From a bacterium (lineage in GTDB: Bacteria > Bacillota > DTU030 > JBMNJR01): a stretch of DNA of 64,000 nucleotides. The stretch spans positions 188 through 64,187 of the forward strand of contig JBMNJR010000003.1 in assembly GCA_050951765.1 (NCBI GenBank). The letters are read 5' to 3'. Shown here one piece after another: positions 9,471 to 18,963 of this stretch. The stretch's first letter is position 1; the number at the start of each line of letters is the position of its first letter. A program made the translations under genes and the position numbers. The notes beneath the pieces are model-generated. The model worked only from the letters and a program-made list of their open reading frames with translations. It had not been told where the DNA came from and searched no databases.

Positions 9471-10790
9471 CTATTTTCTTGCTTGAAAACGCAACCAGAT
9501 GGGAGTACCGGTAAAATCATATCCTTCTCTGAGTTTATTTTCTAAGTAACGCTCATAGGAAAAATGGATCAACTTTGGGTCATTGACAAAGATAAGAAAA
9601 GTCGGCGGTTTTACACCGGTCTGCGCGGCATAATAAACTTTTCCTTGCCGCCCTTTCCGCGTTGGCGGAAGCCTCAGTTGCACGGCTTCGGATACAACTT
9701 GATTCAGCTGCGCAGTAGCTATCTGGCGCTGGTTATTGGCGGCAACCAAATCGATTAAAGGAAATAAACGCTGTACACGCTGTCCTGTTTTGGCAGAGAT
9801 AAAAATCAACGGCGCATAACTTAGGAAAGGCAATTGAAGGCGAATTTTATTTTCATATTCCTGCATAGTATTATTATCTTTCTCCACAATATCCCACTTA
9901 TTAATAACTATAATAATGCCTCGTCCGGCTTCATGGGCATAACCGCTAATTCGTTTATCTTGTTCTGTAACCCCTTCAATAGCGTCGATTAGAATTAAGA
10001 CCACATCACTCCGATCAATAGCTCTTAAAGTGCGCAATACACTATGCTTTTCCCAAGCAACGTTAACCCTGGCAGGACGACGTAATCCGGCTGTATCGAT
10101 AAAAAGATAGTGTTGTCCCTCCTTTTCCACAGGTAAATCAATAGCATCCCTAGTTGTTCCAGGTATATCGCTGACAATAACCCTTTCTTCACCTACGATT
10201 TTGTTTATCAATGATGATTTGCCCACATTAGGTTTTCCTACAACAGCAATCCTTTTCTTATCATCTTCGCAGGCCTGTTCAAATTCCTTTTGGGGAGGAA
10301 ACAGGGAGACTACTTCGTCAAGAATATCGCCTATATTTAACCCATGAATTGCTGAAGCAGACATGATTGGTTCTAAACCTAAGGAATAGAAATCCCATAG
10401 GTTTACTTCTTGTTTGGGATGATCAATTTTATTAACAACCAAGATCACTGGCTTTTTGCTGCGCCGTAATAGTTCTGCCACTTCTTTGTCACCGGGAGTT
10501 AAACCTTCATTCCCATCAACAACAAGCAGGACTATATCAGCTTCCTTAATTGCTATTTCAGCATGATAGCGAACTTGGGAGCTGATCTGGGCAGTTGGAT
10601 CGATCTCAATTCCGCCGGTATCAACTAAAATAAACCTTTTTCCCAGCCATTCAACTTCTCCATAGAGGCGATCTCTAGTAATTCCCGGTTCATCTTCAAC
10701 AATTGCCACTCTTTTTTGTAATATCCGATTAAATAAGTTAGATTTACCTACATTGGGTCGACCCACTATAGCTACTATCGGTTTAGACAT
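9471..10790 (-). CDS. der: Ribosome-associated GTPase Der (EngA), tandem GTPase domains plus a KH-like domain
   Basis: MSKPIVAIVGRPNVGKSNLFNRIL, and a second G domain IAVVGKPNVGKSSLINKI. The start was moved to MSKP, which overlaps the upstream gene's stop by 8 nt. Confidence 0.9.
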   Translation of the reverse strand: MSKPIVAIVGRPNVGKSNLFNRILQKRVAIVEDEPGITRDRLYGEVEWLGKRFILVDTGGIEIDPTAQISSQVRYHAEIAIKEADIVLLVVDGNEGLTPGDKEVAELLRRSKKPVILVVNKIDHPKQEVNLWDFYSLGLEPIMSASAIHGLNIGDILDEVVSLFPPQKEFEQACEDDKKRIAVVGKPNVGKSSLINKIVGEERVIVSDIPGTTRDAIDLPVEKEGQHYLFIDTAGLRRPARVNVAWEKHSVLRTLRAIDRSDVVLILIDAIEGVTEQDKRISGYAHEAGRGIIIVINKWDIVEKDNNTMQEYENKIRLQLPFLSYAPLIFISAKTGQRVQRLFPLIDLVAANNQRQIATAQLNQVVSEAVQLRLPPTRKGRQGKVYYAAQTGVKPPTFLIFVNDPKLIHFSYERYLENKLREGYDFTGTPIWLRFQARK

Positions 10791-12672
10791 TTTTCTTCCC
10801 ATCCCTTCGTAAAAACCACTCTCCAACTGCAACAGGCCCCGATACTATTTCAACAGGTACTCCCAAGGCAGTACTTAATTGGGATACTGTTAGGTTATCT
10901 AAAAACTCTTCCGTTCTATTTCTTAACATTACCTCAGGGAGAAAAAGGCAATCTCCCAGTTCTTTCCCTTTTAGTTGCCGTAACAGATCACTGCCAGTAA
11001 CTAAACCTGCCACAGTAACAGTTTCACCAAAGAAATGATTTATGATCCGTTCAACCTGTACCTTGAGACCTTCTACTTTTTGCAGTTTTTGGGCTAGGCG
11101 TTGAACCGCACCGGTAGCCAAAACACCTGTACATAATGTAATTTTACATGGTTCCCTTAATTTTAATGGCAAAGCAAGTTCAGCAAGCTCATCAAAAAAC
11201 AAGCGCAGCAAGCCAACTCCATTCTCCAGTTGCGGAAAGCCGTCATAATCCTCCCGTTGTGGTACTTCTTCTGCTGCTAAGACATAAAACTCGTCCGCCA
11301 AGTAAAGGAATGTTGCACCTAATTTTTGCCGTAATCTTCTCTGCAAATCCCGCGCCCATAAGATAAGCTTTTTAGCTTCTTGAGTGCTAAAGCTTCGTAG
11401 TTGGGCAAGATTATCCCTGTGACCAGTTAAACCTACCGGGACAATGGCTAAAGAGAGGGCATGAGGCCAAAAATCAACAAGAGTGTGCACAGTTTCTTCC
11501 AAATATGAACCATCATTAATACCCGGTACTAAAACTACCTGGGCATGAAACCCGATGCCCCCTTCGGCAAGCCGCTGCAGTTGTTTTTTTATTTCACCGG
11601 CGCGGTTATTGCCCATTATTTTTTGCCGCAAACGGGGATTTACCGTATGTACAGAAACGTAAAGAGGACTCAAGCGCATCTTTAAAATACGCTCGAAATC
11701 AAGTTCAGATAAATTAGTAAGCGTAATAAAATTGCCTTCTAAAAAAGAAAGACGATAATCATCATCTTTTACATACAGACTGGGGCGCATTCCGGGAGGC
11801 ATTTGATCAACAAAACAAAAGATACACTTGTTTGCACACTTTTTAATACCTGGAAAAGATGCATCTGTAAACCCTAAACCTAAATCCTCATCGTATTCCT
11901 TTTCAATTTCATAAATAAAATGTTGTCCGTTTTTTTTACGTATATGTAAATGAACCATCTCTCCGGCTATTAAAAATCGATAATCAATCAGGTCTTTAGG
12001 CTGCACTTCATTAATTGTCAGTAATTGATCACCGATACTAATCCCTAAGTCAGCAGCAATGCTATCCTCTCTAACTTGGCTGATAGTAATCCCCTGAAAA
12101 TCACTTTGTTTCCCCATGTTTTTCTTCCTTTCCCAGCTTTCTTTACCAATTATCCTATAACTTAAGCACAGCGTCAAGCTACCGGCGATCCTTTCAGCCT
12201 TCGCTTCGGTTAAACTATTAACAATCTCCAATTGATGCTTCTGTACCAAATTTAAAAGGCAAGGATAGCTTAATCTAATACCTAACAACACTATGGGTCT
12301 ACCAATACTAACTAATCCCAAACGCCGGGAAAAAAAACCGCCAATCCGCGTCAAGGGATGAATTGCAATTAAGCTGTCAATTAATCTTACTTCACAGGAA
12401 GGATAATTGCATAATGAGAGCAAACTGTCAATCGCCCGGTGGTTAATAACCCTATCCGCTCCCAATCCCAAAATGAAAACCTCATTCCCCCATTGATCTA
12501 CACCAATGAAAAAAAGAGTTCCAATTTCTTCATTTTTAGTTTGATCAAAATGCGGTTGTTGTAATATTTCTTGCGCTGTAGGTACACGATGCCAAGGCAA
12601 TCTATTGAGATGAATGGCTGCGGCAATGACCGAAGAATGAGCACTTCCATAGCAACAATATATAATTTTCAT
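10783..12672 (-). CDS. 629-aa continuous ORF: an N-terminal DUF3189-like domain (about aa 1-160) fused in frame to a PDZ domain plus a radical-SAM-like DUF512 domain. It may be two genes, with an internal start at 12117.
   Basis: N-terminus MKIIYCCYGSAHSSVIAAAIHL is paralogous to the upstream DUF3189 protein. From MGKQSDFQGITISQ (ATG at 12117, preceded by GGAAAGGAAG) the sequence is a PDZ domain followed by GIKKCANKCIFCFVDQ (C-x3-C-x2-C) and a DUF512-like C-terminus. No stop codon separates the two parts in this frame. Confidence 0.6.
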   Translation of the reverse strand: MKIIYCCYGSAHSSVIAAAIHLNRLPWHRVPTAQEILQQPHFDQTKNEEIGTLFFIGVDQWGNEVFILGLGADRVINHRAIDSLLSLCNYPSCEVRLIDSLIAIHPLTRIGGFFSRRLGLVSIGRPIVLLGIRLSYPCLLNLVQKHQLEIVNSLTEAKAERIAGSLTLCLSYRIIGKESWERKKNMGKQSDFQGITISQVREDSIAADLGISIGDQLLTINEVQPKDLIDYRFLIAGEMVHLHIRKKNGQHFIYEIEKEYDEDLGLGFTDASFPGIKKCANKCIFCFVDQMPPGMRPSLYVKDDDYRLSFLEGNFITLTNLSELDFERILKMRLSPLYVSVHTVNPRLRQKIMGNNRAGEIKKQLQRLAEGGIGFHAQVVLVPGINDGSYLEETVHTLVDFWPHALSLAIVPVGLTGHRDNLAQLRSFSTQEAKKLILWARDLQRRLRQKLGATFLYLADEFYVLAAEEVPQREDYDGFPQLENGVGLLRLFFDELAELALPLKLREPCKITLCTGVLATGAVQRLAQKLQKVEGLKVQVERIINHFFGETVTVAGLVTGSDLLRQLKGKELGDCLFLPEVMLRNRTEEFLDNLTVSQLSTALGVPVEIVSGPVAVGEWFLRRDGKKNV

Positions 12673-13160
12673 TATTGTTTCGCCCTTTTTCCATGAGTTT
12701 TTAATTGCCTTTTACACTCATTCACCAACTCTGCCAACCGATAATAATCATAGCCTCCATTAATTTTTAGAAAGGAACAATTCCTCTTTTTCCAACCGCA
12801 TCTAATAAAACAAGCGAGCAGATACCTCTTTGTTTGCCTTTCATTTTGTGCACATAGATCTGTATCCACAAAGACAAATTCATTGGGATCCTTATTCAAA
12901 ACTCTTATTACTCCGCCCAGTGCCCTGACCAGAACCGCAGGATTTCTTCCCCGGTATAGAATAGATACTTGCCAACCTTGCTCATCTATTCCCAGCGGAT
13001 AAATCTTACCTTTCTCCAATGAAGTTTCCTGCAAAGGGATATCCAATCCGTCAATTACCCGGCCAGTTGGTATTCTAGTGAAGTCCAGTTTCCCCAAATG
13101 AATAGCCGCAGCAATAGCGGCAGTATGGGAGTAACCGCAACAATGATACACTACTAACAT
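12672..13160 (-). CDS. DUF3189 family protein, 162 aa
   Basis: MLVVYHCCGYSHTAAIAAAIHLGKLD... Its stop overlaps the start of the next ORF by 1 nt (TAATG). Confidence 0.6.
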   Translation of the reverse strand: MLVVYHCCGYSHTAAIAAAIHLGKLDFTRIPTGRVIDGLDIPLQETSLEKGKIYPLGIDEQGWQVSILYRGRNPAVLVRALGGVIRVLNKDPNEFVFVDTDLCAQNERQTKRYLLACFIRCGWKKRNCSFLKINGGYDYYRLAELVNECKRQLKTHGKRAKQ

Positions 13161-13182
13161 TTTTCTCCTCCATACTTACCAA

Positions 13183-13371
13183 TTAGTGTTTGACTAAAAA
13201 ATAAATACCATTATCTAAAGCATGTACTGCCGCATCCAGCACCCGGCTTAAATAAAGGGCAGCTTTTTCTTTTTCTGCCGCACTCTCAAAATAAAAAACC
13301 GGTGCGTAACCGCCAGAAACAGCATTGCTGTCAGTCGCCAAAATTGCGACGATGAATTTCTCTATTTCCAT
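13183..13371 (-). CDS. Small protein, 62 aa: candidate capping complex subunit for YIEGIA
   Basis: A 62-aa ORF immediately downstream of, and 12 nt from, the YIEGIA-family gene. This genomic pairing is what defines the family; the call rests on position and size only. Confidence 0.45.
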   Translation of the reverse strand: MEIEKFIVAILATDSNAVSGGYAPVFYFESAAEKEKAALYLSRVLDAAVHALDNGIYFLVKH

Positions 13372-13383
13372 AACACTACCTCC

Positions 13384-14274
13384 TCAATCTGCGGCACGCC
13401 TACCTATCCTGGTTGCTAAAGGGCGGCGGATTGCACTTTCCAAAACCGGTACCCTGCGTACAGCTTCCAGCACTAATTCCGCATCCCTTTCTATAGGCAC
13501 AATAAAAAAACCTACCCGCCCTGTATCCAAATCCAAACGCAACAAGGGGGTAAATTCAGGTTCCGCCACATCTTTATGTATCCCCAACAGGGCCGACACT
13601 TCATGGGCAATAGCCTGCCTTTGTCCGGTATTAGCCAATGTTGCCCGGGCATTGTCGTCCAATGGTTCGATTATTACGCCGATACCTCTTTCCAGAATCT
13701 TTTTTTGTGCTTCAATCAATCCTACATTCATAATGATAATATTATCAACATGCAATAGAGGGCCAACAAAATGCAGTTTGCCTATCCTTACACGGGCAAG
13801 GGAGCCTACTGTTCTCCCTTGCATGGCAACATTGCCTAAGCCAATTGCCAACACACCGCATAATATTCCTACCCAAATTCCCCCCCAATAATAGCCGCCA
13901 CTACTGGCAACACTGGCAAAGATCACTAAGTAATTACGTGCCTCAAATACTCTGGCAATGCCTTCTACAAAGTCCGGCCCACGTGGTACTAGTTCAGTTT
14001 GATCAAGTTTGGCAAGGGTTTCCCTTTCCATATTGCGGATTTCCCGGAACTGCTGCGCTGCCAGTACCAAAAAAGTGACAGCCGTATATTCTTTCTCTAG
14101 CAATGCCGGTACAACGATGGCGCCTAAAAAGGAGGCAATGATTCCCAGGGAAAGATGAATAACAAAACCATGGGGATAACTGGGATATTGGCGATAGTCG
14201 ATCTCCAGCATAGTGATACGGCCTACAACCCCAGCTACAATGCCCAGTAAAACCATAGGCCCATATGCTTCCAC
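13384..14274 (-). CDS. YIEGIA family protein, a sporulation-associated polytopic membrane protein
   Basis: 296 aa with multiple transmembrane helices and the motif PDFVEGIARVFEARNY (an F/V variant of YIEGIA), paired with the small downstream ORF. Confidence 0.6.
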   Translation of the reverse strand: MEAYGPMVLLGIVAGVVGRITMLEIDYRQYPSYPHGFVIHLSLGIIASFLGAIVVPALLEKEYTAVTFLVLAAQQFREIRNMERETLAKLDQTELVPRGPDFVEGIARVFEARNYLVIFASVASSGGYYWGGIWVGILCGVLAIGLGNVAMQGRTVGSLARVRIGKLHFVGPLLHVDNIIIMNVGLIEAQKKILERGIGVIIEPLDDNARATLANTGQRQAIAHEVSALLGIHKDVAEPEFTPLLRLDLDTGRVGFFIVPIERDAELVLEAVRRVPVLESAIRRPLATRIGRRAAD

Positions 14275-14365
14275 CTTATCTCCCCCTGCTTACTCATTGG
14301 CATGATACTTTTTAGTTTTCCCGTAAACTGCCTCCTTTATCCGGCATATTAACATGTTCCAAGTC

Positions 14366-15436
14366 CTAGCGGACAGCAAGCATTTCAATGGGAATGCCTA
14401 AGGTTTGCAGCCATTGGGCAGTAGGACCGGTAATAATAACAGGAACATTTTGCATGGCACTCACAGTAGATGCACCCGTAAGCAGCATGACCATTTTCAA
14501 TTCATGCTGCAAATTAATAATCCTTTCTACCAATGCTTCCTCTCCCTCCTGTTCCAGGATCTTGAGAAAAGGAGCGGCAATACATACTGCCTGGCTGCCT
14601 AGCGCGATAGCCTTGGCAATATCAATACTGGTTTTTATCCCGCCGGAAGCCACCACCTCAACATTTTTGTCCACCAAAGAATACACTGTCTCTACTAAAC
14701 TGACAGCAGTTGGTATGCCCCAATTTAATAAATCTCTACCAAAAGCATCGGAGCGCCTGGCAAGCTCAATGGCAATAAAATTAGTGCCGCCCCTGCCGCT
14801 TATATCCAAGCCCTTAACTCCAACATCAGCCAGTTTTACAGCATCTCTCCCGCTTATCCCATTACCGACCTCTTTTACAATTACAGGTACAGACACTGAT
14901 TTTACTATATTTTTAATATTTGCCAACAGACCGCGGAAATCTCGCTCTCCTTCAGCCATGACCAATTCCTGAGCGGGGTTAAGATGAATTTGCAGTGCAT
15001 CGGCATTTAGCATCTCCACCGCTCGACAAGCAGCTTCCGGCGAAACATGAGCACCTACATTGCTAAAAATAATACCAGTGGAATTCTCCGCTCTCACCAC
15101 TTGAAAACTGGTAGCTAAATCTTCTTTTTCCAATGCTGCAGTTTGCGATCCAACAGCCATAGCTAATCCTGTACGGGCTGCAACCCGTGCTAAGGCTCTA
15201 TTTATCCCGGTTACATCCTCAACCCCACCGGTCATAGCATTGATGATTATTGGCACAGATAGAGAAAGCCCGAGAAAAGAGGTTGATAAATCAACCTCTT
15301 CCCAGGCCAACTCAGGCAAACAACGATGGATCAAATTTACATCTTCAAATCCGGTTGTACCCGGACCGGAAGGTAAGCTAAGGGCATATTTGATATGATC
15401 AAGTTTGCGGGATGAACGGCTTATACTATTACTCAT
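14366..15436 (-). CDS. fni: Type 2 (FMN-dependent) isopentenyl-diphosphate delta-isomerase
   Basis: MSNSISRSSRKLDHIKYAL... contains the AMTGG, VKEVGNG and SGRGGTNF motifs of IDI-2. The start ATGAGTAA overlaps the ispH/rpsA stop. Confidence 0.85.
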   Translation of the reverse strand: MSNSISRSSRKLDHIKYALSLPSGPGTTGFEDVNLIHRCLPELAWEEVDLSTSFLGLSLSVPIIINAMTGGVEDVTGINRALARVAARTGLAMAVGSQTAALEKEDLATSFQVVRAENSTGIIFSNVGAHVSPEAACRAVEMLNADALQIHLNPAQELVMAEGERDFRGLLANIKNIVKSVSVPVIVKEVGNGISGRDAVKLADVGVKGLDISGRGGTNFIAIELARRSDAFGRDLLNWGIPTAVSLVETVYSLVDKNVEVVASGGIKTSIDIAKAIALGSQAVCIAAPFLKILEQEGEEALVERIINLQHELKMVMLLTGASTVSAMQNVPVIITGPTAQWLQTLGIPIEMLAVR

Positions 15437-17516
15437 CAGCTTCAGCTTCTTCCTCTTCTGTTTCATCCAATAATTCACCCAGCACTTCGCCAACCTTTAA
15501 TCCGCCAGGAACTTCCGGATTTTGCTCCAAGTATTCATTATATTCTTTTTCTGTTGGTTCCAGTTGCTGTTCTATTTCTTTCATGCTTAAGCTGATCCGG
15601 CGATCCTTTTCATTCACATCCAGCACCTTCACAGCTACTTGATCGCCGACCTGGACAACTTCTTTCGGTTCATTGACACGACGGTTGGCCAATTGGGAAA
15701 TGTGTACCAAGCCTTCAACCCCCGGTTGGAGCTGGACAAAAGCACCGAAATCAACTATGTGGGTTACCGTACCCTGTTGCACGCTATTAACCGGATACTT
15801 TTCCGCAACACCAGACCAAGGATCCGGTAAAACCTGCTTTAATCCCAAGGAAACCCTTTCCCGTTGTTGATCGACACCTAATACCATGACTTCAATCTCA
15901 TCGCCTTCTTGTAACACCTCAGAAGGATGTTTGACCCTTGACCAGGATAGTTCCGAAATATGCACTAATCCTTCAATACCGCCTAAATCAACAAATGCGC
16001 CAAAATCAGTTAATTTAGTTACACGCCCTTTGCGCACCTGATTTTCCGCAAGCTCTTGCCACAACTTCTCCCGTTTATCCGCCAATTCCGCTTCTAAGAC
16101 TGACTTTTGCGAGACAATAACTTTATTTTTATCCCGATCCAATTCAATCACTTTAACTGCCAAGGTCTGGCCTACATATTTTTCCAGGTTAGGTTCATAA
16201 CGAAGCCCTACCTGCGATGCCGGCAGAAAAGCACGTAATCCCACGAAAATAATTAGCCCGCCCTTTACAACCTGTAAAACTTCCCCTTCTACCGGTTCTC
16301 CGGAGGCAAAAGCTTGTTCTAACAGTTTCCATGCTTCCTCTACATCAGCCCGTTTTTTTGATAAAATGGGGTTGCCTTCATTATTTTCCACATTGACCAC
16401 ATAAACCTTTACTTCTTGGCCGACTTGAATAACTTCTGCCGGAGAGGAAATCGGTTTATCCGAAAGTTCTGCAAGAGGGATAATCCCCTCCGATTTATAA
16501 CCTATATCTACCAAAACTTCATCATTATCTATGCGCAAAATTTTTCCAGTAATAATTTCACCTTCCTGTAAAGCTTTAAAGGTACTGGCATACATATCCT
16601 CAATATTCTGTCCTTCCGGTCGTTGATTTTCCGTCATTACTCTAATTACCTCCTCAATGGTGACATCAGGTGTCGAGGCTCCTGCTATAACCCCAACCTT
16701 GCTTTTATTTTGTAACCATTCCCGGTTAAACTGACTTGCCGATTCAATCCGGCATACGGTTACTCCCGTTTCACGGCATATTTGCGCCAATTGCTTAGTA
16801 TTAGCACTGTGAGCAGAACCTATGACAATCATTAAATCAACTTCGTTGGCCAACTCAATTGCTGCCTCTTGCCTAGAACTGGTTGCCCCACAAATAGTAG
16901 AATATACTTCTATGGCAGGTGCTTTGTTTCGCAGGACATCTACAATTTCGGCAAATTTTTTTTCGTTCTGCGTAGTTTGAGCCAGTACACCAACGGGAAC
17001 GGTAAATTTTAGTGCCTTGGCTTCAGCTGCATTCTCTACAACAATAACCTTGTTCTCAGCCCATCCGCATATGCCTATTATTTCCGGATGACCTCTTTTG
17101 CCCACCACAACTACATTTTTCCCTTCCTCAATCAATGTTTTCGCCTGCAACTGGCATCTCTTTACAGAAGGACAGGTAGCATCAATAACCGAAAAACCTT
17201 GTTCTAGGGCTTGCTCAAATACTGCCGGTGGTGCACCATGAGCTCGAATCACCAAAACCCCTGGTTCTATTTTATCTAATGATGTAATGGCTTTAATTCC
17301 TTTTTGTTCCAAATCATTAATGACACGATTATTATGTACTAGAGGTCCCCATGTATAAACAGGTTCATTATAATCTTGGGCAGCAGCTAACGCTTTATTA
17401 AGAGCTTGCCTAACCCCAGCGCAAAAGCCACTATGTTTAGCTATTTTAATATCCAAAAAACGAATCACCCCTTTACCGCGCTCCAATATTTTCCCCACCC
17501 CGTTTTTGCCGATCAC
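15429..17516 (-). CDS. ispH: Bifunctional 4-hydroxy-3-methylbut-2-enyl diphosphate reductase (IspH) fused to four S1 RNA-binding repeats (RpsA-like)
   Basis: The N-terminal half SGFCAGVRQAL...TICGATSSRQ...IVIGSAHSANT is IspH/LytB. The C-terminal half carries repeated S1 domains (GEVLQVVKGG.., GRVTKLTDFGAFVDL.., GTVTHIVDFGAFVQL..) and an acidic tail. The true start is probably a TTG or GTG near 17456 (LDIKIAKHSGFC). Confidence 0.85.
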   Translation of the reverse strand: MIGKNGVGKILERGKGVIRFLDIKIAKHSGFCAGVRQALNKALAAAQDYNEPVYTWGPLVHNNRVINDLEQKGIKAITSLDKIEPGVLVIRAHGAPPAVFEQALEQGFSVIDATCPSVKRCQLQAKTLIEEGKNVVVVGKRGHPEIIGICGWAENKVIVVENAAEAKALKFTVPVGVLAQTTQNEKKFAEIVDVLRNKAPAIEVYSTICGATSSRQEAAIELANEVDLMIVIGSAHSANTKQLAQICRETGVTVCRIESASQFNREWLQNKSKVGVIAGASTPDVTIEEVIRVMTENQRPEGQNIEDMYASTFKALQEGEIITGKILRIDNDEVLVDIGYKSEGIIPLAELSDKPISSPAEVIQVGQEVKVYVVNVENNEGNPILSKKRADVEEAWKLLEQAFASGEPVEGEVLQVVKGGLIIFVGLRAFLPASQVGLRYEPNLEKYVGQTLAVKVIELDRDKNKVIVSQKSVLEAELADKREKLWQELAENQVRKGRVTKLTDFGAFVDLGGIEGLVHISELSWSRVKHPSEVLQEGDEIEVMVLGVDQQRERVSLGLKQVLPDPWSGVAEKYPVNSVQQGTVTHIVDFGAFVQLQPGVEGLVHISQLANRRVNEPKEVVQVGDQVAVKVLDVNEKDRRISLSMKEIEQQLEPTEKEYNEYLEQNPEVPGGLKVGEVLGELLDETEEEEAEADE

Positions 17517-17637
17517 TTATAATAAGATTATTAGGGATGCGAGTCAAGGCAAAAACATATCCAAAAATTATGCAGATAAATTTTAGTTTTCGCGATAAAG
17601 TTGCAGAAATCCTTCCTTAGTGGCAAAAAAGCACCGC

Positions 17638-18213
17638 TTAATTACCTTTAATTAATAAGTTATCTATGCGTTGCATAATTTCCTTACCTGCAATACGCAG
17701 GCTTTCCTTTTGGCGAGAGTCTACTGATAATAAAAATGGTTCCCCGATTTTAATTACTAGTTTTGATCGATCATGAGCCCCGCTGATGCCTATTGGCAGG
17801 ATTGGAGAACCTGATTTAAGTGCCAATAAGGCAACGCCTGGCTGTGCTTCACCTAACTTTCCCGATTTACTCCTGGTTCCTTCGGGAAACATACCCAAAA
17901 CAAGTCCATCTTGCAAAATTGTCAAGGCCCGCCTAATAGCAGTCCGATCAGGAGCTCCTCTCTTTACGGGAAACGCGCCTAATAAGGATAATAAGTTGCC
18001 AAATAACGGATAACGAAATAACTCTTCTTTCGCCATAAAATAAACCCGGCGGGGAAGGACTGAGCCAACAATAGGCGGGTCCCAATAACTGCTATGATTT
18101 GCAACAACAATTAAACTTCCTTTTGCAGGCACATTCTCTATACCGTTAATAACCCAGCCGCGAAAAAGGGAAAAATACACCCGTAATAAGCCACGGGCGA
18201 TCATATAAAGCAT
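17638..18213 (-). CDS. plsC: 1-acyl-sn-glycerol-3-phosphate acyltransferase
   Basis: Contains NHSSYWD (the HxxxxD motif) and FPEGTRS; 191 aa. Confidence 0.8.
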   Translation of the reverse strand: MLYMIARGLLRVYFSLFRGWVINGIENVPAKGSLIVVANHSSYWDPPIVGSVLPRRVYFMAKEELFRYPLFGNLLSLLGAFPVKRGAPDRTAIRRALTILQDGLVLGMFPEGTRSKSGKLGEAQPGVALLALKSGSPILPIGISGAHDRSKLVIKIGEPFLLSVDSRQKESLRIAGKEIMQRIDNLLIKGN

Positions 18214-18917
18214 TAGCTTTTACACCTTCTTTCCTCCCAGAGAGCGATAATTTGCTCAACTACTTGTTCCGGAGTATAACCGGTGGTATCGATATGGATA
18301 GCGTCAGATGCTTGTTGCAAAGGCCCTGATTTTCGCTCCCGATCTAGTTTATCCCTTATGGCAAGTTTTTTCTCAATCTCTTCTATGGATTCTAAAGGTG
18401 CATCTGCAGCAAATTGAACATACCTTCGGCGCGCCCTCTCTTGTAATGAAGCTGTGAGGAATATCTTCAGATCCGCGTCCGGTAAAACTACCGTTCCAAT
18501 ATCCCTTCCATCCATTACAACTCCTCCACCGGCGGCCAATTCACGTTGCAAGTTAACCAGTTCTTTTCTTATTTTAGGATTACTGGCAACTAACGAAACT
18601 TTTTGCTCCACTTGAGGTAACCGCAGGTACGGGTCAATGTTTTCGCCATTAAGATAAAGGTGTTGACCGTGTCTATGGCAAGAAACAAATTCCAACCTAT
18701 TCTTGCGAAGGAGGTTTAATAATTCGGTTTCATCATCCCAATTAATTCCATGCTGTAAAGCCTGCCATGTTAATGCCCTATACATAGCACCAGTATCAAT
18801 ATACTTATACTTCAACCGTTCCGCAACCATTTTGGCAATAGTGCTCTTTCCCGCACCTGCCGGCCCATCTATAGCTATAGTCAGCTGCAAACAATCTTTC
18901 TTGGCCATTTTCCCCAC
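18213..18917 (-). CDS. cmk: Cytidylate kinase
   Basis: LTIAIDGPAGAGKSTIAKMVAERLKYKYIDTGAMYRALT matches the Cmk P-loop and NMP-binding region. Confidence 0.9.
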   Translation of the reverse strand: MGKMAKKDCLQLTIAIDGPAGAGKSTIAKMVAERLKYKYIDTGAMYRALTWQALQHGINWDDETELLNLLRKNRLEFVSCHRHGQHLYLNGENIDPYLRLPQVEQKVSLVASNPKIRKELVNLQRELAAGGGVVMDGRDIGTVVLPDADLKIFLTASLQERARRRYVQFAADAPLESIEEIEKKLAIRDKLDRERKSGPLQQASDAIHIDTTGYTPEQVVEQIIALWEERRCKS

Positions 18918-18963
18918 CTATAAAATCAATTTTCCCAAACTGCTTGTCCTTATTATAAATACT

